A DNA stretch of 64,000 bases from Malacoraja senta (GCA_038087875.1 CM075999.1:1242001-1306000); one strand, 5' to 3'. Shown: positions 11,096-25,273, counted from the stretch's first letter. The notes: generated by a model from the letters alone, not told the origin. Program-made: numbers and translations.

Positions 11096-11855
11096 ATTTG
11101 TACACTCCGAGATGGCGCCCATCCCAGGCGACTATTTGAGTGCTAGTCACAGAAGCAGATCTTCAATCTCATATTACAATCGCTCCACACTCTTAAATCT
11201 CTACTCCAACAGCGACATTTCTTACTTTAACTATGATATCCATGATCGGACTTTGCTGGCTCCACCTTGCACTAAACGTAATTCCCTTATAATGTATCGA
11301 TACACTGTAAATGGCTCGATTGTAATCAATAGACAATAGGTGCAGGAGTAGGCCATTCGGCCCTTCGAGCCAGCGCCGCCATTCAAGGTGATCATGGCTG
11401 ATCATCCCCAATCAGTACCCCGTTCCTGCCTTCTCCCCATATCCCCTGACTCCACTATTTATAAGACCCCTATCTAGCTCTCTCTTGAAAGCATCCAGAG
11501 AACCTGCCTCCACCGCCCTCTGAGGCAGAGAATTCCACAGACTAATCATGTGTTGCCTTTCTGCTGACTGGACAGCATGCAAAAAAAAAGCTGTTCACTG
11601 TACCTCGATGCAATAAACTAAAATAAACAGAACAGTAAATTGATATAACCATGAGACTTTCTTCAATGCATCAGCCAAACTGAAGACAATAAGTTAAGTC
11701 AATTGGCCTTCATCGAGCCAGGCCTCGTACACACGCTCAATTATGTTGCGCTGATGTGACCCAGATCAAGGAAGCTTCCAGACCAGACTTATTTTGTCAC
11801 TTAGCAAATCAAACATAGATGTGGGAAGACTTGCTCCATCCATCAATAATTGGGA

Positions 11856-12033
11856 ATAGACACAAAGTGCTGGAGTAACTCAACGGGTCAGGCAGCATCT
11901 CTGGAGAAAAAGGATGGGTGACGTTTCGGGTCGGAACCTTTTGAAAAAGAGTTCCCACCAGAAACATCACCCATCAGACACCTGCACGGTGTCTATTTTC
12001 AGTGTAAACCAGCATCTGCAGTTCCTTCGTACA
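11856..12033. mobile_element. Penelope-derived fold-back element
   Basis: Same terminal-repeat family as 179-562. ~15-bp TSD CATCAATAAYTGGGA (11841-11855, 12034-12048). Confidence 0.8.
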
Positions 12034-14469
12034 CATCAATAACTGGGATATTTGTGTACCCAGAGAAGCTAAGTTGTCAGTGACCAAAGCACTAATTTTA
12101 TTTATCTTCAGAAGCTTTTAAACCATCTATGTGGATTATTTTGCCCCAGCACTTTCAAGATACTTTCAAGAGAGAGCTAGATAGGGCTCTTAAAGATAGT
12201 GGAGTCAGGGGATTTGGGGAGAAGGTAGGAACGGGGTACTGATTGGGGCTGATCAGCCATGATCACATTGAATGGCAGTGCTGGCTCAAAGGGCCGAATG
12301 GCCTACTCCTGCACCTATTGTCTATTGTCTATTGTCAAATGAGTTTGAACATTCAAGGGTGTCTTGTCACCCTTTACAATGTGGGCTCCCATTGTAAATA
12401 TGTCATTCAATGGAACAATCCATCAGACTCAAAATATTGAAGTAAACACTGCCATTGTAGATATAGACATTGTATTGAATCATCTACTGTTATCTTTGTT
12501 CTAAAAAGTACGAAAACTCAATGTACTTTGAGTTCTGCAAGGTTTCATTCAGAGGGCCATCAAAAGATTGCCAGGTTTCTCTTGATGAACAACAACAATT
12601 TATTTTCTAATTATCAGCGTTTATTCTCCAGCGAACCAGTCCCAATGTGGTAAGAAGATGAATGCGAGGGAGCATGGTAAGTTGGCATGTGTAGGAAGGA
12701 ACTGCAGATGCTGGTTTAAACCGACGATAGACACAAAAAGTTGGAGTAACAGCGGGTCAGACAGATCTCTGGAGAAACGGAATAGGGGACGTTTTGGGTC
12801 CAGACCCTTCTACAGACTCAGTCACATGCTTTCTTACTCCAGCTTTTTGTGTCTATCAATGGTGAGTTGGTATATGGATGGATGTGAGCACGATGCTGAG
12901 AAGGTTGGTAGCTGATGTTAAGGGACGATGATGAGGTATATGATGGGAACACACAAGGAACTGTATCCAATGTTACCTATCGATGTTCTCCAGAGATGCT
13001 GCACGACCCGCTGAGTTGCTCCAGTAATTTCACCTGATGGAAATTTAGAACACAGAACAGTACTGACGAAGGGTCTTGACCCAAAACATCAAGCTATTCC
13101 CTTTTCTCCAGAGATGCTGCCTGACCCGTTGAGTTACTCCAGCATTTCGTGTCTATCTTCGATAGAACAGTACATGCAGGAATAAGCCCCTCGATCCACA
13201 TTGTCCCAGCTGAACATGTTGCCAAGTTAAACTAATCTCCTTAGCTGGATAAATAGAGTGAGAGATATGATACACGTTCAATTGTACACGGGTTTTGCGT
13301 CAATTATTCAGAGGATCCTGATCCACTGACTTTCTGTGTTCCTGCAGCAGTTTGTTCATTGATTAAGGAGACCATTAGTCCCCTGCCCTGTTCAACTGGG
13401 ACCCAATAAACCTGTCTCCGCCACTATATTGTTAATCAGCTTGCACTTTGACCAACTTCCAAGCAATTAATTTTAAAATCAAAAGGTGCAAGGGACGTTT
13501 GAATTACTTGTAATTGTCTCTGGATCTTGGCTCCACCTTCTCACAGATGCACCACAGAAAACATTCTGTAAGGATGCAGCACAGATTGGTTTGGGAACAG
13601 CTCTGGCCAAGACCGCCAGAAATTGCAGTGAGTTGTGGACGTAACCCAGGTCATCACACAGACCAAACTCTCCGCGATTCATTCCATCTGTACCTCACGC
13701 TGCCTCGGAAGGGCGGCCAACTTTGAACAGTGGCGCCAAAAATGGCGCCGCCCGCATGTGTAAGATATGCACAAAGAATTTCACTGCACAGTTGCACATG
13801 AGACAAATAAAGCACTATTGAATACTGAACGTAATCAAAAAAATTGTCCCACCCTGGTTAGTCCTTCCTATCCCTGCTCCCATCAGGCAACAGATACAGA
13901 AGCTTGAAAGTGTGCACACCCATAGTCAGGAACAGCTTCTTTCTCTGTGTTCTCAGGCTTCTGAACAGTCCTTCAATAATCATGGGTGCTGTCCGATTCG
14001 CCTCTACCCCATTGCGGACATTGGACTCTGTCTGTGGAACTGATGCGCTACAATGCTGAGAACTATATTCTGCACTCTGTATCTCCCCCTTTACTCTACC
14101 TACTGTACTGGAGTTTGACTTGAGTGTATTTACGTGTAGTGTTCTCTGACCTGAATGGATAGCATGCAAACAAAGCTTTCCACTGTACCTCGGTACACTT
14201 CACAACAATAAACCTGAACCTAGCATAAGACCCATTGCTTTTAATAAATCAGCTGTAGTATTTTCAATTTAATTATGCACAATGGATGGCATCAGAAGTG
14301 ATTCATAGCATCAGAGAATAAATCACTTGTCGAGATTAATTATGTCAGCTATGCAAACATTTTTGACATAAAATAAAAAATAAAAATTATGAAAAACATT
14401 CAGCAGTCCAGGCAGCATCTGTAGGTAAGGAAACATAGTTAACAAGGGTCTTGGACCCAAAACATGTTC

Positions 14470-14803
14470 ATAGATTATAGGATCAGAATTAGGCCATTCA
14501 GCCCATCAAGTATACTCCACCATTCAATCATGGCTGATTTATCTTTCCCTCTCAACCCCATTCTGCAACCCCTGACACCTGTATTAATCCAGAATCTGTC
14601 GATCTCTGCCTTAAAAATATCCATCAACTTGGCCTTCACAGCGATCTGTGGCAAAGAATTCCACAGATTCACCACCCTCTGACTAAAGAAATTCCTCTTC
14701 ACCTTTTTTCTACAGGTGCGTCCTCTTAATCTGAGGCCATGGCCTGTGGTCCAAGACTCGCCTACTAGTAGAAACATCCTCTCCACATCCACACTATCCA
14801 GGC
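14470..14803 (-). mobile_element. CR1-like LINE 3' fragment
   Basis: GLDSVDVERMFLLVGES..GHGLRLRG...RNFFSQRVVNLWNSLPQ. Confidence 0.85.
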
Positions 14804-14868
14804 CTGTTTCACATTCCTTGGATGCCGCCTGATCTGCTGGGGTGTTCCAACATTGTTTGTTTTTGTTA

Positions 14869-15175
14869 AGGGCCTGTCCCACTGTACGAGGTAATTCAAG
14901 AGCTCTCCCGAGTTTTAAAAAAAATCTAACTCGTGGTAAGTATGTAGAATGTACGTAGCGGGTACGTCGGAGCTCGGGACGTCCCCTAGCGGCTCGTAAC
15001 GCTAACGGCAGGTACTCCGGAAACACGGTAAGCTCGTGAAGATTTTTCAACATGTTGAAAAATGTCCACGAGAGCCCCGCGTACCTACGAGCGGCTATTA
15101 CCGTAATTCTCAGAGTTTGAATCAGGGGAAACTCGGGAGAACTCTTGAATTACCTCGTACAGTGGGACAGGCCCT
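14869..15175. mobile_element. PIF/Harbinger-like MITE
   Basis: 15-bp TIR plus extended arms, TTA/TTA TSD. Interior related to 54538-54838 and 57386-57650. Confidence 0.9.
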
Positions 15176-17348
15176 TTAATGAATAGAAAGATACAGCGTG
15201 GAAACAGTCCCTTCAGCCCACATATTCCATGCTGACCATCAATTACCCATTCACACTATTGCTATGTTATTCCTCTTTCACACTCACTCCCCACAGATTA
15301 GAGGCCATTAACCCTTGGACTATCTTTAATCTGAATATCTGGACTTTATCTTGCTCTAAACATAGTCCCTTTCTCCTGTATCTGTACACTGGGGATAGCT
15401 TGATTGTAATCATGTGGAGTCTTTCCGCTGACTGGATAGCACGCGACAAAAAAGCTTTTCACTGTACCTCAGTACACATGACACTAAAGTAAACTAAACT
15501 AACCTGCAAAGCTCAACATCTTTGGGATGTGGGAGGCCACCGGAGCACCGCGGAGGAAACCCACACGGTCACAGGGAGAAGGTGCAAACTCCACACAGAC
15601 AGCACACAAGGTCAGGATTGAAATTGGGTCTCTGGCGCTGTGCGACAGCAGCTCCACCTGCTGCACCACTGTGCCAGACCCACACACATTAATACAATAT
15701 CAATTTAATACTGTATATATTTTTTAACATTTGGTGCGATATTTTCCAAACGGTTGATTTGGGAGCCAAACTTCCTTGGAGCCCCTGCCTTCATGACAAT
15801 TTCATTGTCCTATCAGGGACACATGACAATAAACTCTCTTGAACTTGAGGCCATGAGGCAGCAGCTCTACCAGCTGCGTCACTGTGCCACCCAGGAAAAG
15901 GTTGTTCCGACCCATTCAATGCAAAGATCGATGGGTTCAAAGTTGTTTGCATAAAATGGGCGCAATGGAAGTCTGTTTTAGGTTTTGGCAACCGGTACTC
16001 TGAGACACTGGAGAAACGTTCAACTTGGAAAATGGTCACGTCAACTCTAACGCTTAATTCAGCCTCTGGATCTTTTACATAAATAAAGAAAAATCCTCTA
16101 ATGCCTATGCGGGGCTCCATAGTGTACATAGATGTTGTAGGAGCTGGGATGAGTCAAATCAAATTCCTCAGTAGCTGAGAAACTAAAAGGTTAGACTTTA
16201 AAAAATATATATATTCGATAAAATATTGCTGTAAGGACAGAAGAAGCAAACTGCCCACACACCACCCACAAACATCAATGGCATGACTCCAAGTAGAAAG
16301 GAAAAAATGGATGAAAGTCCTTAATAATGCAATGCTGTAGCAGTCCGCATACTTTCTTACGCCAAAAACACTGGAATTCGTTTAACTGTTCCGTCATTTC
16401 GGTTTGGCGAGATCAATTGAAATTTAACAATCTCACTTTCAGCATCACAATGAAGTCATGCTGAAACTCACATTCACTCCGTGCAGTTCACGCTGGTCAG
16501 AAAAATTACATAAGGGCTCTGACTGTTTGCAGATGAATTGCAGTTATTTTCCACCTGTCATTCAATCAGTCACAAGGGGAAAAAAAACGTGCTCTTGGTT
16601 TTCAATCTAAATATCCTTGCTTTCTTGATGGAAAAGTACTGTCCAAACCAATGGTCGAGAGTGATGAGATATTTGGGACAGCCCTTCATTCGCCTTTCCT
16701 TAATGGGCAGAGATACAAAATTAGCCTACAAAACTAGGTGGACAAAAAAGCTGGAGAAACTCAGCGGGTGAGGCAGCATCTATGGAGCGAAGGAAATAAG
16801 CGATGTTTCGGGTCGAGAAGAAGGGTTTCGACCTGAAACGTCACCTACTCCTTCACTCCATAGATGCTGCCGCACCGGCTGAGTTTCGCCAGCTTTTTTG
16901 TCTACAAAACTGTATGTCTTTGGAGTGTGTGAGGAAACCGGGGAGGACGTACAAACTCCGTACGGATAAGCACCCATAGCCAGGATCGAACCCGGCTCTC
17001 TTGCGCTGTAAAGCAGCAACTCTACCGCTGCGCCACCTTGCCATCCCCAGATTGCAGTCATGTATTATTATCTGTTTTGATTAGACAGCTCACAAACAAA
17101 GGCTTATCACTGTACCTCGGTACACATGACAATAATAAACCTAAACCTGTATCTAAAGAGTCCCTCGGGGAGAGAAACAATGTCAACATTTCAGATCAGG
17201 GACCTTCATCGGTACCGGAAAAATCAGAAAACAAGAACGTTTTAAGGTACATAGAAGAGAATGAGTGGAAAGAAGAAGGAATGTCTATGATAGGGTGAAG
17301 AGCAAAATTGTCCAACTAATAATTTAAGAATTTTTGCTCCCAATGTTA

Positions 17349-17845
17349 TATAGAAACATAGAAAATAGGTGCAGGAGTAGGCCATTCGGCCCTTCGAGCC
17401 TGCACCGTCATTCAATATGATCATGGCTGATCATCCAACTCAATATCCTATACCTGCCTTCTCTCCATACCCTCTGACCCTTCTAACCACAAGGGCCACA
17501 TCTAATTCTCTCTTAAATATAGCCAATGAACTGGCCTCAACTACTTTCTGTGGCAGAGAATTCCACAGATTCACCACTCTCTGTGTGAAATTTTTTTTTT
17601 TCATCTCGGTCCTAAAAGACTTCCCCCTTATCCTTAAACTGTGACCCCTTGTTCTGGACTTCCCCAACATCGGGAACAATCTTCCTGCATCTAGCCTGTC
17701 CAACCCCTTAAGAATTTTGTAAGTTTCTATAAGATCCCCCCTCAATCTTCTAAATTCTAGCGAGTACAAGCCGAGTCTATCCAGTCTTTCTTCATATGAA
17801 AGTCCTGCCATCCCAGGAATCAGTCTGGTCATCCCAGGAATCAGT
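17349..17845 (-). mobile_element. CR1/HER1-like LINE, 5'-truncated, young
   Basis: Open ORF 17440-17832 TRLIPGMAGLSYEERLDRLGLYSLEFRRLRGDLIETYKIL...RVVNLWNSLP. Tail reads TAGAAACATAGAAA on + strand. Confidence 0.95.
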
Positions 17846-18165
17846 CTTTATGACTTCGCTGTCTGTGGAAGCTTGTCCTACACAATCTCAGTGCTGTACT
17901 TCCTTTATTAGTAGAGATTAATTCATTTTTTAAATGCATTTCATTGCCTGAGAGTCCCCGAAATAATGAAAGGCAGTGCAGCAACAGAAGCCTTTGTCAT
18001 TATGAAGAAATCTATGGATACGACAGTTTATATTAAACCTAATTAATGTCGGCTGTTAGGCTTTAAACATCAAATAATGATATTTTGATATTAAAAAGGA
18101 TGTTACACCAAAAATAAAAAGAGTTCATTACTTTATACAACAGCTGAATCAGTTATGTAACTTAC

Positions 18166-18236
18166 CTCATGTAAAACTCTTTTCTCAGGCATTGTTCTTT
18201 CAACACATATTTAAGGAGCCCACATTACTAATGACC
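18166..18236 (-). CDS. Candidate host-gene exon with possible start codon (MPEKRVLHE, 18192-18166)
   Basis: Non-repetitive. Acceptor TTCTTTTCTACTTTTAG|G and donor GAG|GTAAGT. All three frames have a stop upstream of the ATG, consistent with 5'UTR+start or a non-coding exon. Confidence 0.4.
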
Positions 18237-18426
18237 CTAAAAGTAGAAAAGAATATTGTTCCTCAAGATCTGTAATAAAAGGAATACATGGAACATTTGA
18301 AGCTGGTATGATTGAGCAGTATGTGCTACTTTTAAAGGGCTTTGAAGCACATCTAATTCAAAAGAACTGCTCTTTTTTTTTCATTTATTGCTCATTCTTG
18401 GCTGATCAACCCACAGATAATAATAA

Positions 18427-19005
18427 TAAGACGTTGGTGAGACCGCATTTAGAATATTGTGTTCAGTTCTGGGCACCATGTTGTAGGAAAGATATTGTCA
18501 AGCTGGAAAGGGTTCAGAAAAGATTTACGAGGATGTTGCCAGGACTAGAGGGTGTGAGCTATCGGGAGAGGTTGAGTAGGCTGGGTCTCTATTCCATGGA
18601 GCGTAGGAGGATGAGGAGAGATCTTATAGAGGTGTACAAAATCATGAGAGGAATAGATCGGGTAGGTCCACAGTCTTTTACCCAGAGTAGGGGAATCGAG
18701 GACCAGAGGACATAGGTTCAAGGTGAAGGGGAAAAGATTTAATAGGAATCCGAGGGGTAATTTTTTCATACAGAAGGTGGTGGGTGTATGGAACAAGCTG
18801 CCAGAGGAGGTAGTTGAGGCTGGGACTATACCATCGTTTAAGAAACAGTTGGACAGGTACATGGATAGGACAGGTTTGGAGGGGTATGGTCCAAGCGCAG
18901 GCAAGTAGGACTAGAGTAGGTAGTAGGTAGACATTGTTGGCCAGTGTGGGCGAGTTGGTCCGAAGGGCCTGTTTCCGCACTGTATCACTCTATGACTATG
19001 ACTCT
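18427..19005 (+). mobile_element. CR1/HER1-like LINE 3' fragment
   Basis: [37 protein letters not shown]. Tail GGTCCGAAGGGCCTGTTTCC shared with HE1 SINEs. Confidence 0.95.
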
Positions 19006-19507
19006 CGACATTATGGAGATGATTTTCCATATATCTAAAAAAATAACATTGGAAAAGACAGATATAATGATGACTAACACAGTTCATTTTGGCACACATT
19101 AGGTGTGTGTAGTGATATGGTGCCGAGCGTTGCCAAAATCAGCATTCAAAATGACTATAAGGGGACAAGTTCCTTGTTGAAAAAGTAATGGGGATTCATA
19201 TTTTCAGCAGGGGAATTGTTAACTGCACTCAACTACCTTAGTGGAACAAACATGGACAATTTTTAGAGACAGACACAACAGGTTAGAGTAACTCAGCGGG
19301 TCAGGCAGCATCCTGTATGACCCGTTGAGTAACTCCAGCTTTTTGTGTCCATCTTTGGTTTAAATCAGCATCTGCAGTTCCTTCCTACACATGGATCATT
19401 TTAAAATCTACTCTCCCAAGTGAATGTAAAAGACCATGGCCCAAACCATCAAGCCAGTTAAGTGAACACGATTTTTCAGAGGGCCAGGGCAGATCTGCCC
19501 ATTGTCA

Positions 19508-19722
19508 TCTCCCCGTGACCTGCGTGGGTTTTCTCCGAGATCTTCAGTTTCCTCCCACACGCCAAAGGTGTACAGGTTTGTAGGTGAATTGGCTCGATAT
19601 AAATGTAAATTCTCCCTAGCGTGTGTCGGATAGGGTTAATGTGCGGGGATCACTGGTCGGTGTGGACTCGGTGGGCCGAAGGACCTGTTTCCGCGCTGCT
19701 TCTCTAAACTAAACTAAACTAA
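19508..19722 (+). mobile_element. HE1-type SINE (5'-truncated)
   Basis: V-domain plus (CTAAA)n tail. Confidence 0.85.
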
Positions 19723-21957
19723 GTTTAAGATAGACACAAAAAGCTGGAGTAACTCAGCGGAACAGGCAGCATCTCTGGAGAGATGGAGTGGATGACATTT
19801 CGGGTCGAGACGCTTCTTCAGACAAAACTAAATTTGTCCTGTTGTATGAGTAATTATGCCCAATTGTTGAATTATGCCATAATTGAGTAATTATGCCCAG
19901 AGGACAAGGCCCAAGGGTTGTGATAAACTGTACCAAGGGGGCCTTTGCCCTAATTCTGGCTACAACGTATTATAGTTCAATAAAGCTTCAGAATTGACTT
20001 TAGAAAAACATTCATTCCACTTCTGGGAAATGTGCAGAATGAATGTAAACACCTCACATCCAAAGCTAATTAACATTTGTTGTAAACCAACCATTAATTA
20101 GATGCACTGAAGCGTAAACAGGAAGCCCTGCTGCAGCTAATGGACAGTCTGGAAGAGTAGATGAAAGTCTACCTTTTCAAATGCAGCACAAAGCCCACTC
20201 TTGTTCTCCTGTCTATTGTCACCTAAAATATTTAATAGCAAGCCACTGGTGCAAAAAAAAAAAATTACGAGCGTGGTACTTCAAATGAGAGTTCACATCT
20301 TTCAGTCAGAATTGAATATGCCGAAGAAAAGGCTGAGACGTGAACTGATGTCGGTCTTAAAAACAATGAAACGAGTTGAGAGGATAAGATGGATGGTTTC
20401 GATTTATATAACACCTCACAGACTCATAACGTCTTACAAAAGACTGAAGCCTGTACACTGTTTCTGAAGTACAGCAATGGTCGTATTTCAGCAAGCTCAC
20501 ACACACAACAACACAATCATGACCAGAGGATCTATTTTTGTGTTCTTTTTTGGTTGAGTGATAAATATTAATCAGGAAACTTTTTTGGGGGGGCAGAATA
20601 ACCTTACTGCTATCCTAGATCCTGTCATAGGTGTAGACTTTGTTTCGTTTCATTTAATTTAGAAATACAGTGTGGAAATGGGCCCTTCGGCCCACTGAGT
20701 CCACACCGACCAAAGTTCATCCGTACACCAGTTCTATCCTACACACTAGGGACAATTTACAGAAACCAATTAACTATAAACCGCCAGGTCTTTGAGATGT
20801 GGGAGAAAACTGGAACACCCAGAGGAAACCCATGTGGTTACAGGGAGAAGGTACAAACTCCGTACAGACAGGAATTGACCATGAACAAATATTGTAGGTT
20901 GGCACATTCCAAAGAGCAGAGCCACACGCTGAAAGCCCTGTCCCGTGGTACGAGTTCATTGTGGAGGAGGAGCTATCTTGGGGAACGGCTGCTAACCAGC
21001 AGCCGTCCGTTAAATTCACTTTTTTATTTAGTTTTTAGTTTTTTTTCTTGTCTATGTCTAGGGGAATTTTGACTTTTAATGTGGGGGGGGTAAGGGGGAA
21101 ACTATCTCTAGGTCCCTACCTGGTCGGTGAGGCAGCTTTTTCTCCGGGCTGCCCCGTCGACCCGTTCTTGCGGCCTACCAGCGGGCGTGGAGCGGCGTGG
21201 AGCGGCGTTTTCCTGGCGGGGACTGCCCAGCACCTTCAGCTCCGGTGGCGGCACAGCGCTGGAGCGCTATCGCGCAGCGGAGCGCGCGATGCCTTGCCTG
21301 GGTTGCCGCTTTTATTCCCTTCCTCTCATCAATCAGTTTGAAGAAAGGGTCCCAACCCAAAAAGTCACCTATGCATGTTCTTCAGAGATGCTGCCTGGAC
21401 CGCTGAGTTACCCCAGCATTTTGTGTCTCTCATAAGTTAAGTGTCATATACACGTACAATGAGGCAAGATTCAATGAAAATCTGGCTTGCATCTGCAGAA
21501 GGGTCTCGACCCGAAACGTCACCCATTCCTTCTATCCAGAGATGCTGCCTGTCCCACTGAGTTACTCCAGCATTTTGGGTCTAGCAATCACAGGCAACAC
21601 ACAAAAAATAAATCATAAATGAATAATACTGAAGTAATGCATAGGGAATGATACCTTCAACTGAGAATGATGGAAGATGATTGTACTTTATCATATATTT
21701 GTGAATTTTATGAATAGTAATATTGGAGAATTAAAAAGTCTGTGGTATCTCTCCCAAAGGCTGAAATAAAACCCCATTACTGATCTGCCACTCGACTCTT
21801 CTTCCCAACATCTGCCAACCACTTCTCTCCAAAGTCCTGCTTGACTCCTGAATTAGTCGCACTCCAAACTTAACCTCGACCCCCTTTAACCATCAAACCC
21901 TGCTGGCTTTTCACCCCCTATCTATCCAGGGGCACTGACTACAATTCAGGTCCATGA

Positions 21958-23025
21958 CTAGTTCAGTTTAGAGATTCATCGCGGAAACAGGCCCTTCGGC
22001 CCATCAAGTCCGCGCCGACCAGCAATCCCCGCACACCCACACTATCCCACACACACTAGGGACACTTTACAAATTAAACCAAGCCAATTAACCTATGAAC
22101 CTGAAGGTACACAAAAATGCTGGAGAAACTCAGCGGGTGCAGCAGCATCTATGGAGCGAAGGAAATAGGTAACGTTTCGGGCCGAAACCCTTCTTCAGAC
22201 TGATAGGGGGTGGGGAGAAGAAAGGAAAAAAGGAAAAGGCGGAGGAGGAGCCCGAGGGCTGGGGGAGGGGAGGAGACAACCAGATGGCTGATGAAGGGGA
22301 GGGGACAGCCAGGGCTAGCAGAATTGGGAGAATTCAACGTTCAGGCCACCAGGATGTAGACTGCCCAAGCGGAATATGAGGTGCATTTCCTCCAATTTAC
22401 GGTGTTGCTCGCTGTGGCCATGGAGGAGACCCAGGACAGAGAGGTCAGATACGGAATGGGAGGGGGAGTTGAAGTGCTGAGCCACCGGGAGTTCAGGTTG
22501 GTTATTGCGGACCGACCGGAGGTGTTCGGCGAAACGATCGCCAAGCCTCCGCTTGGTCTCACCGATGTAGATCAGCTGGCATCTAGAGCAGCGAATGCAA
22601 TAGATGAGGTTGGAGGAGATGCAGGTGAACCTCTGTCGCACCTGGAACGACTGCTTGGGTCCTTGAATGGAGTGGAGGGGGGAAGTGAAGGGACAAGTGT
22701 TGCATCTCTTGCGGTTGCAAGGGAAAGTACCGGGGGAGGGGGTGGTATGGGAGGGAAGGGAGGAATTGACAAGGGAGTTACGGAGGGAGCGGTCTTTGCG
22801 GAAGGCAGACATAGGGGGAGATGGGAAGATGTGGCGAGTGGTGGGGTCACGTTGGAGGTGGCGAAACTGACGGAGGATCACTTGTTGTATGTGACGGCTG
22901 GTGGGGTGAAAGGTGAGGACTAGGGGGACTCTGCCTTTGTTCTGGTGGGGTGAAAGGTGAGGACTAGGTGAGATATGAACCTGTATGTCTTTGGAGTGTG
23001 GGAGGAAACCAGGGAGAATGTACAA
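21958..23025 (-). mobile_element. HE1-type SINE interrupted by a Penelope element
   Basis: SINE sequence 21958-22103 continues at 22974-23025. Confidence 0.85.
22104..22973 (-). mobile_element. 5'-truncated Penelope-like element (Neptune-type) with GIY-YIG endonuclease
   Basis: Open frame ~22940-22315: RVPLVLTFHP..CNRKRCNTC..LIYCIRCSRCQLIYIGETKRRLGDRFAEH..HFN..GLN. Hammerhead-like core at 22170-22198. 10-bp TSD TATGAACCTG (22094-22103, 22974-22983). Confidence 0.95.
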
Positions 23026-23036
23026 ATTCCGGAGAA

Positions 23037-23077
<41 letters not shown>

Positions 23078-23450
23078 CTTTATTGATCCCTTCCGGGAAA
23101 TTCAGATGTCCAGAAGCCCCCAACCAACAAACCCACACATTAAAAACGAACGCAGACAGAAAATACATAAAATACCATGTGGACACTACCTGGGAGCAAT
23201 AAATACTTAAAAAGACTAATAATTAACAATTTAAAAAAAAAATGTAATGCAAAAATGCATCCCCCTACAGCCTAGCGGTCTGAATTATAAAATCTAATGG
23301 CTGCAGGGGTGAAGGATCTCCTGAACCGCTCCGTTCTACAGCGCAGGGAGAGGAGCCGGTTGTTGTTCCGAGTGCTCTTTTGACTCTCCAGAATTACATG
23401 GAGGGGATGCCCGAGGTTTTTCAGGATGACCTGCACCTTGCGCCTCACGA
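23037..23450 (-). mobile_element. Rex/Babar-like LINE 3' end with (TTA)n tail
   Basis: (AAT)n at 23037-23074. Minus strand encodes HPLH...RTERFRRSFTPAAIRFYN. Confidence 0.75.
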
Positions 23451-24715
23451 ATCCACGGGGTCACAAGGAGAACGTACAAATTCTTTAAAGGCTGCACCCG
23501 TAGTCAGGATCGAAACTGTGTCTTTGGCGCTGCAAGGCAGCTGCCACCCTGCCGCCTAGTAAAAGTCCGACTCAACTCTGTCTCCACCATGCCCAGATCA
23601 CCCAGGCCTCTACCCAAGTAACTGATAAACTGCACTAATGACGTTCAATCTGCAACACCGACTCAGCAGTGACTGGTGCGATTAGCACTGTGTGTAATTG
23701 AAGCCATGGGCTTTGAAACCAGATGTTTACAGGCCCACATTTATTGAAGCCCTTTCACTAACTGGCAACTATTTAACTCTAGGATCTTATTGCGGTAATC
23801 TAACCAATTTAAGATTCCTGTTCAATTTGAGGCGAGTATCCAAAGCATTTCAGTAACATTTAAGCCATAGCTTTCTCAAATGTTTATTGGTGAGCTGCCT
23901 GGACATTGCAGCAATATTGAATTTATCTCCCATTAACCTGGGAAGAAAATACCAATTTTCCCTTTTCTTTCATCACAAGAATACAGTCCGGACCAATCTT
24001 TTTGTCACAACCGATAAATCAGCTAATATACCAGCTTCTAGTTCCAATTCATTCTTGTCTTGTTCTATTCTAACGTAGACTCGATGCTCATTAAGGTGAT
24101 CAATGACAACTAAAGGATGAGAAAATATGTATTTTTCTCCCTAGTAAAAACATTATCCTTTTTTAAGCCGAGCTGCAGAACCGAGCTCACCGTTAGGATT
24201 CTGTGCATGCATTTCTGGAGTGCAATTTATCTGTTGCTGAGCAGATGGAATATTAACTTGGTTACTGAGATGGAACACCAGGTCGAGACTGATGGCTGAG
24301 CCAGTGATCAGCCCATCACCGGAGATGTCGCTTGGCATATACATCTCCAACATGCTGTATTCCTCCACTCTATCCGCCTAGGCCTACATGATCTCCTGGC
24401 TGCTAAACACTTTAATTCCCCCTCCCATTCCCACACTGACCTTTCTGTCCTGGGCCTCCTCCACTGTCTGAGTGAGGCACAACACAAATTGTAGGAACAG
24501 CACCTCATGTTTCGCTCGGGCGACTCCAAATCCAGCAGTATGAGCATTGATTTCTCCAACTTCAAGTAACCCTTGCTTTCCCACTCTCCATTCCTCCCCC
24601 ACCCTAGTTCTCTGACTAGTTTCACTGTCCTCCTGATTAATTGTACTGATTGTATGCCTCGTTGTCACCTTCCCCTCAGCTAACAATAGACCATTCTACA
24701 TTTCATAGATCATCG

Positions 24716-25146
24716 AACCTGAATTACCGGTGGCTCAGCACTTCAACTCCCCCTCCCATTCCGTATCTGACCTCTCTGTCCTGGGTCTCCTCCATGGCCA
24801 CAGCGAGCAACACCGTAAATTGGAGGAAATGCACCTCATATTCCGCTTGGGCAGTCTACATCCTGGTGGCCTGAACATTGAATTCTCCCAATTCTGCTAG
24901 CCCTTGCTGTCCCCTCCCCTTCATCAACCATCTGGCTGTCTCCTCCCCTCCCCCAGCCCTCGGCTCCTCCTCCGCCTTTTTCCTTTTTTCCTTTCTTCTC
25001 CCCACCCCCTATCAGTCTGAAGAAGGGTTTCGGCCCGAAACGTTACCTATTTCCTTCGCTCCATAGATGCTGCTGCACCCGCTGAGTTTCTCCAGCATTT
25101 TTGTGTACCTTCGATTTTCCAGCATCTGCAGTTCCTTCTTTAACAC
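24716..25146 (+). mobile_element. Young Penelope-like 3' fragment (same subfamily as 22104-22973)
   Basis: Near-identical reverse complement of 22105-22500. Hammerhead-like core at 25017-25045. Confidence 0.9.
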
Positions 25147-25273
25147 GTCTGCTTTGATCTGTTGTCCCATCCCCCCCTCCCCTAGTACTCATATCTCTAG
25201 TCTCCCACTTCCCGGCTCTCAGTCTGAAGAAGGGTCTCGACCCGAAACGTCATCCATTCCTTCTATCTAGAGA

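Noticed and set aside
18166..18192. Resemblance of MPEKRVLHE to the N-terminus of RGS22 as recalled (MPEKRLTAE)
   Set aside because: Too short, and no downstream RGS22-like exons could be found in 1-18165; gene symbol not assigned.
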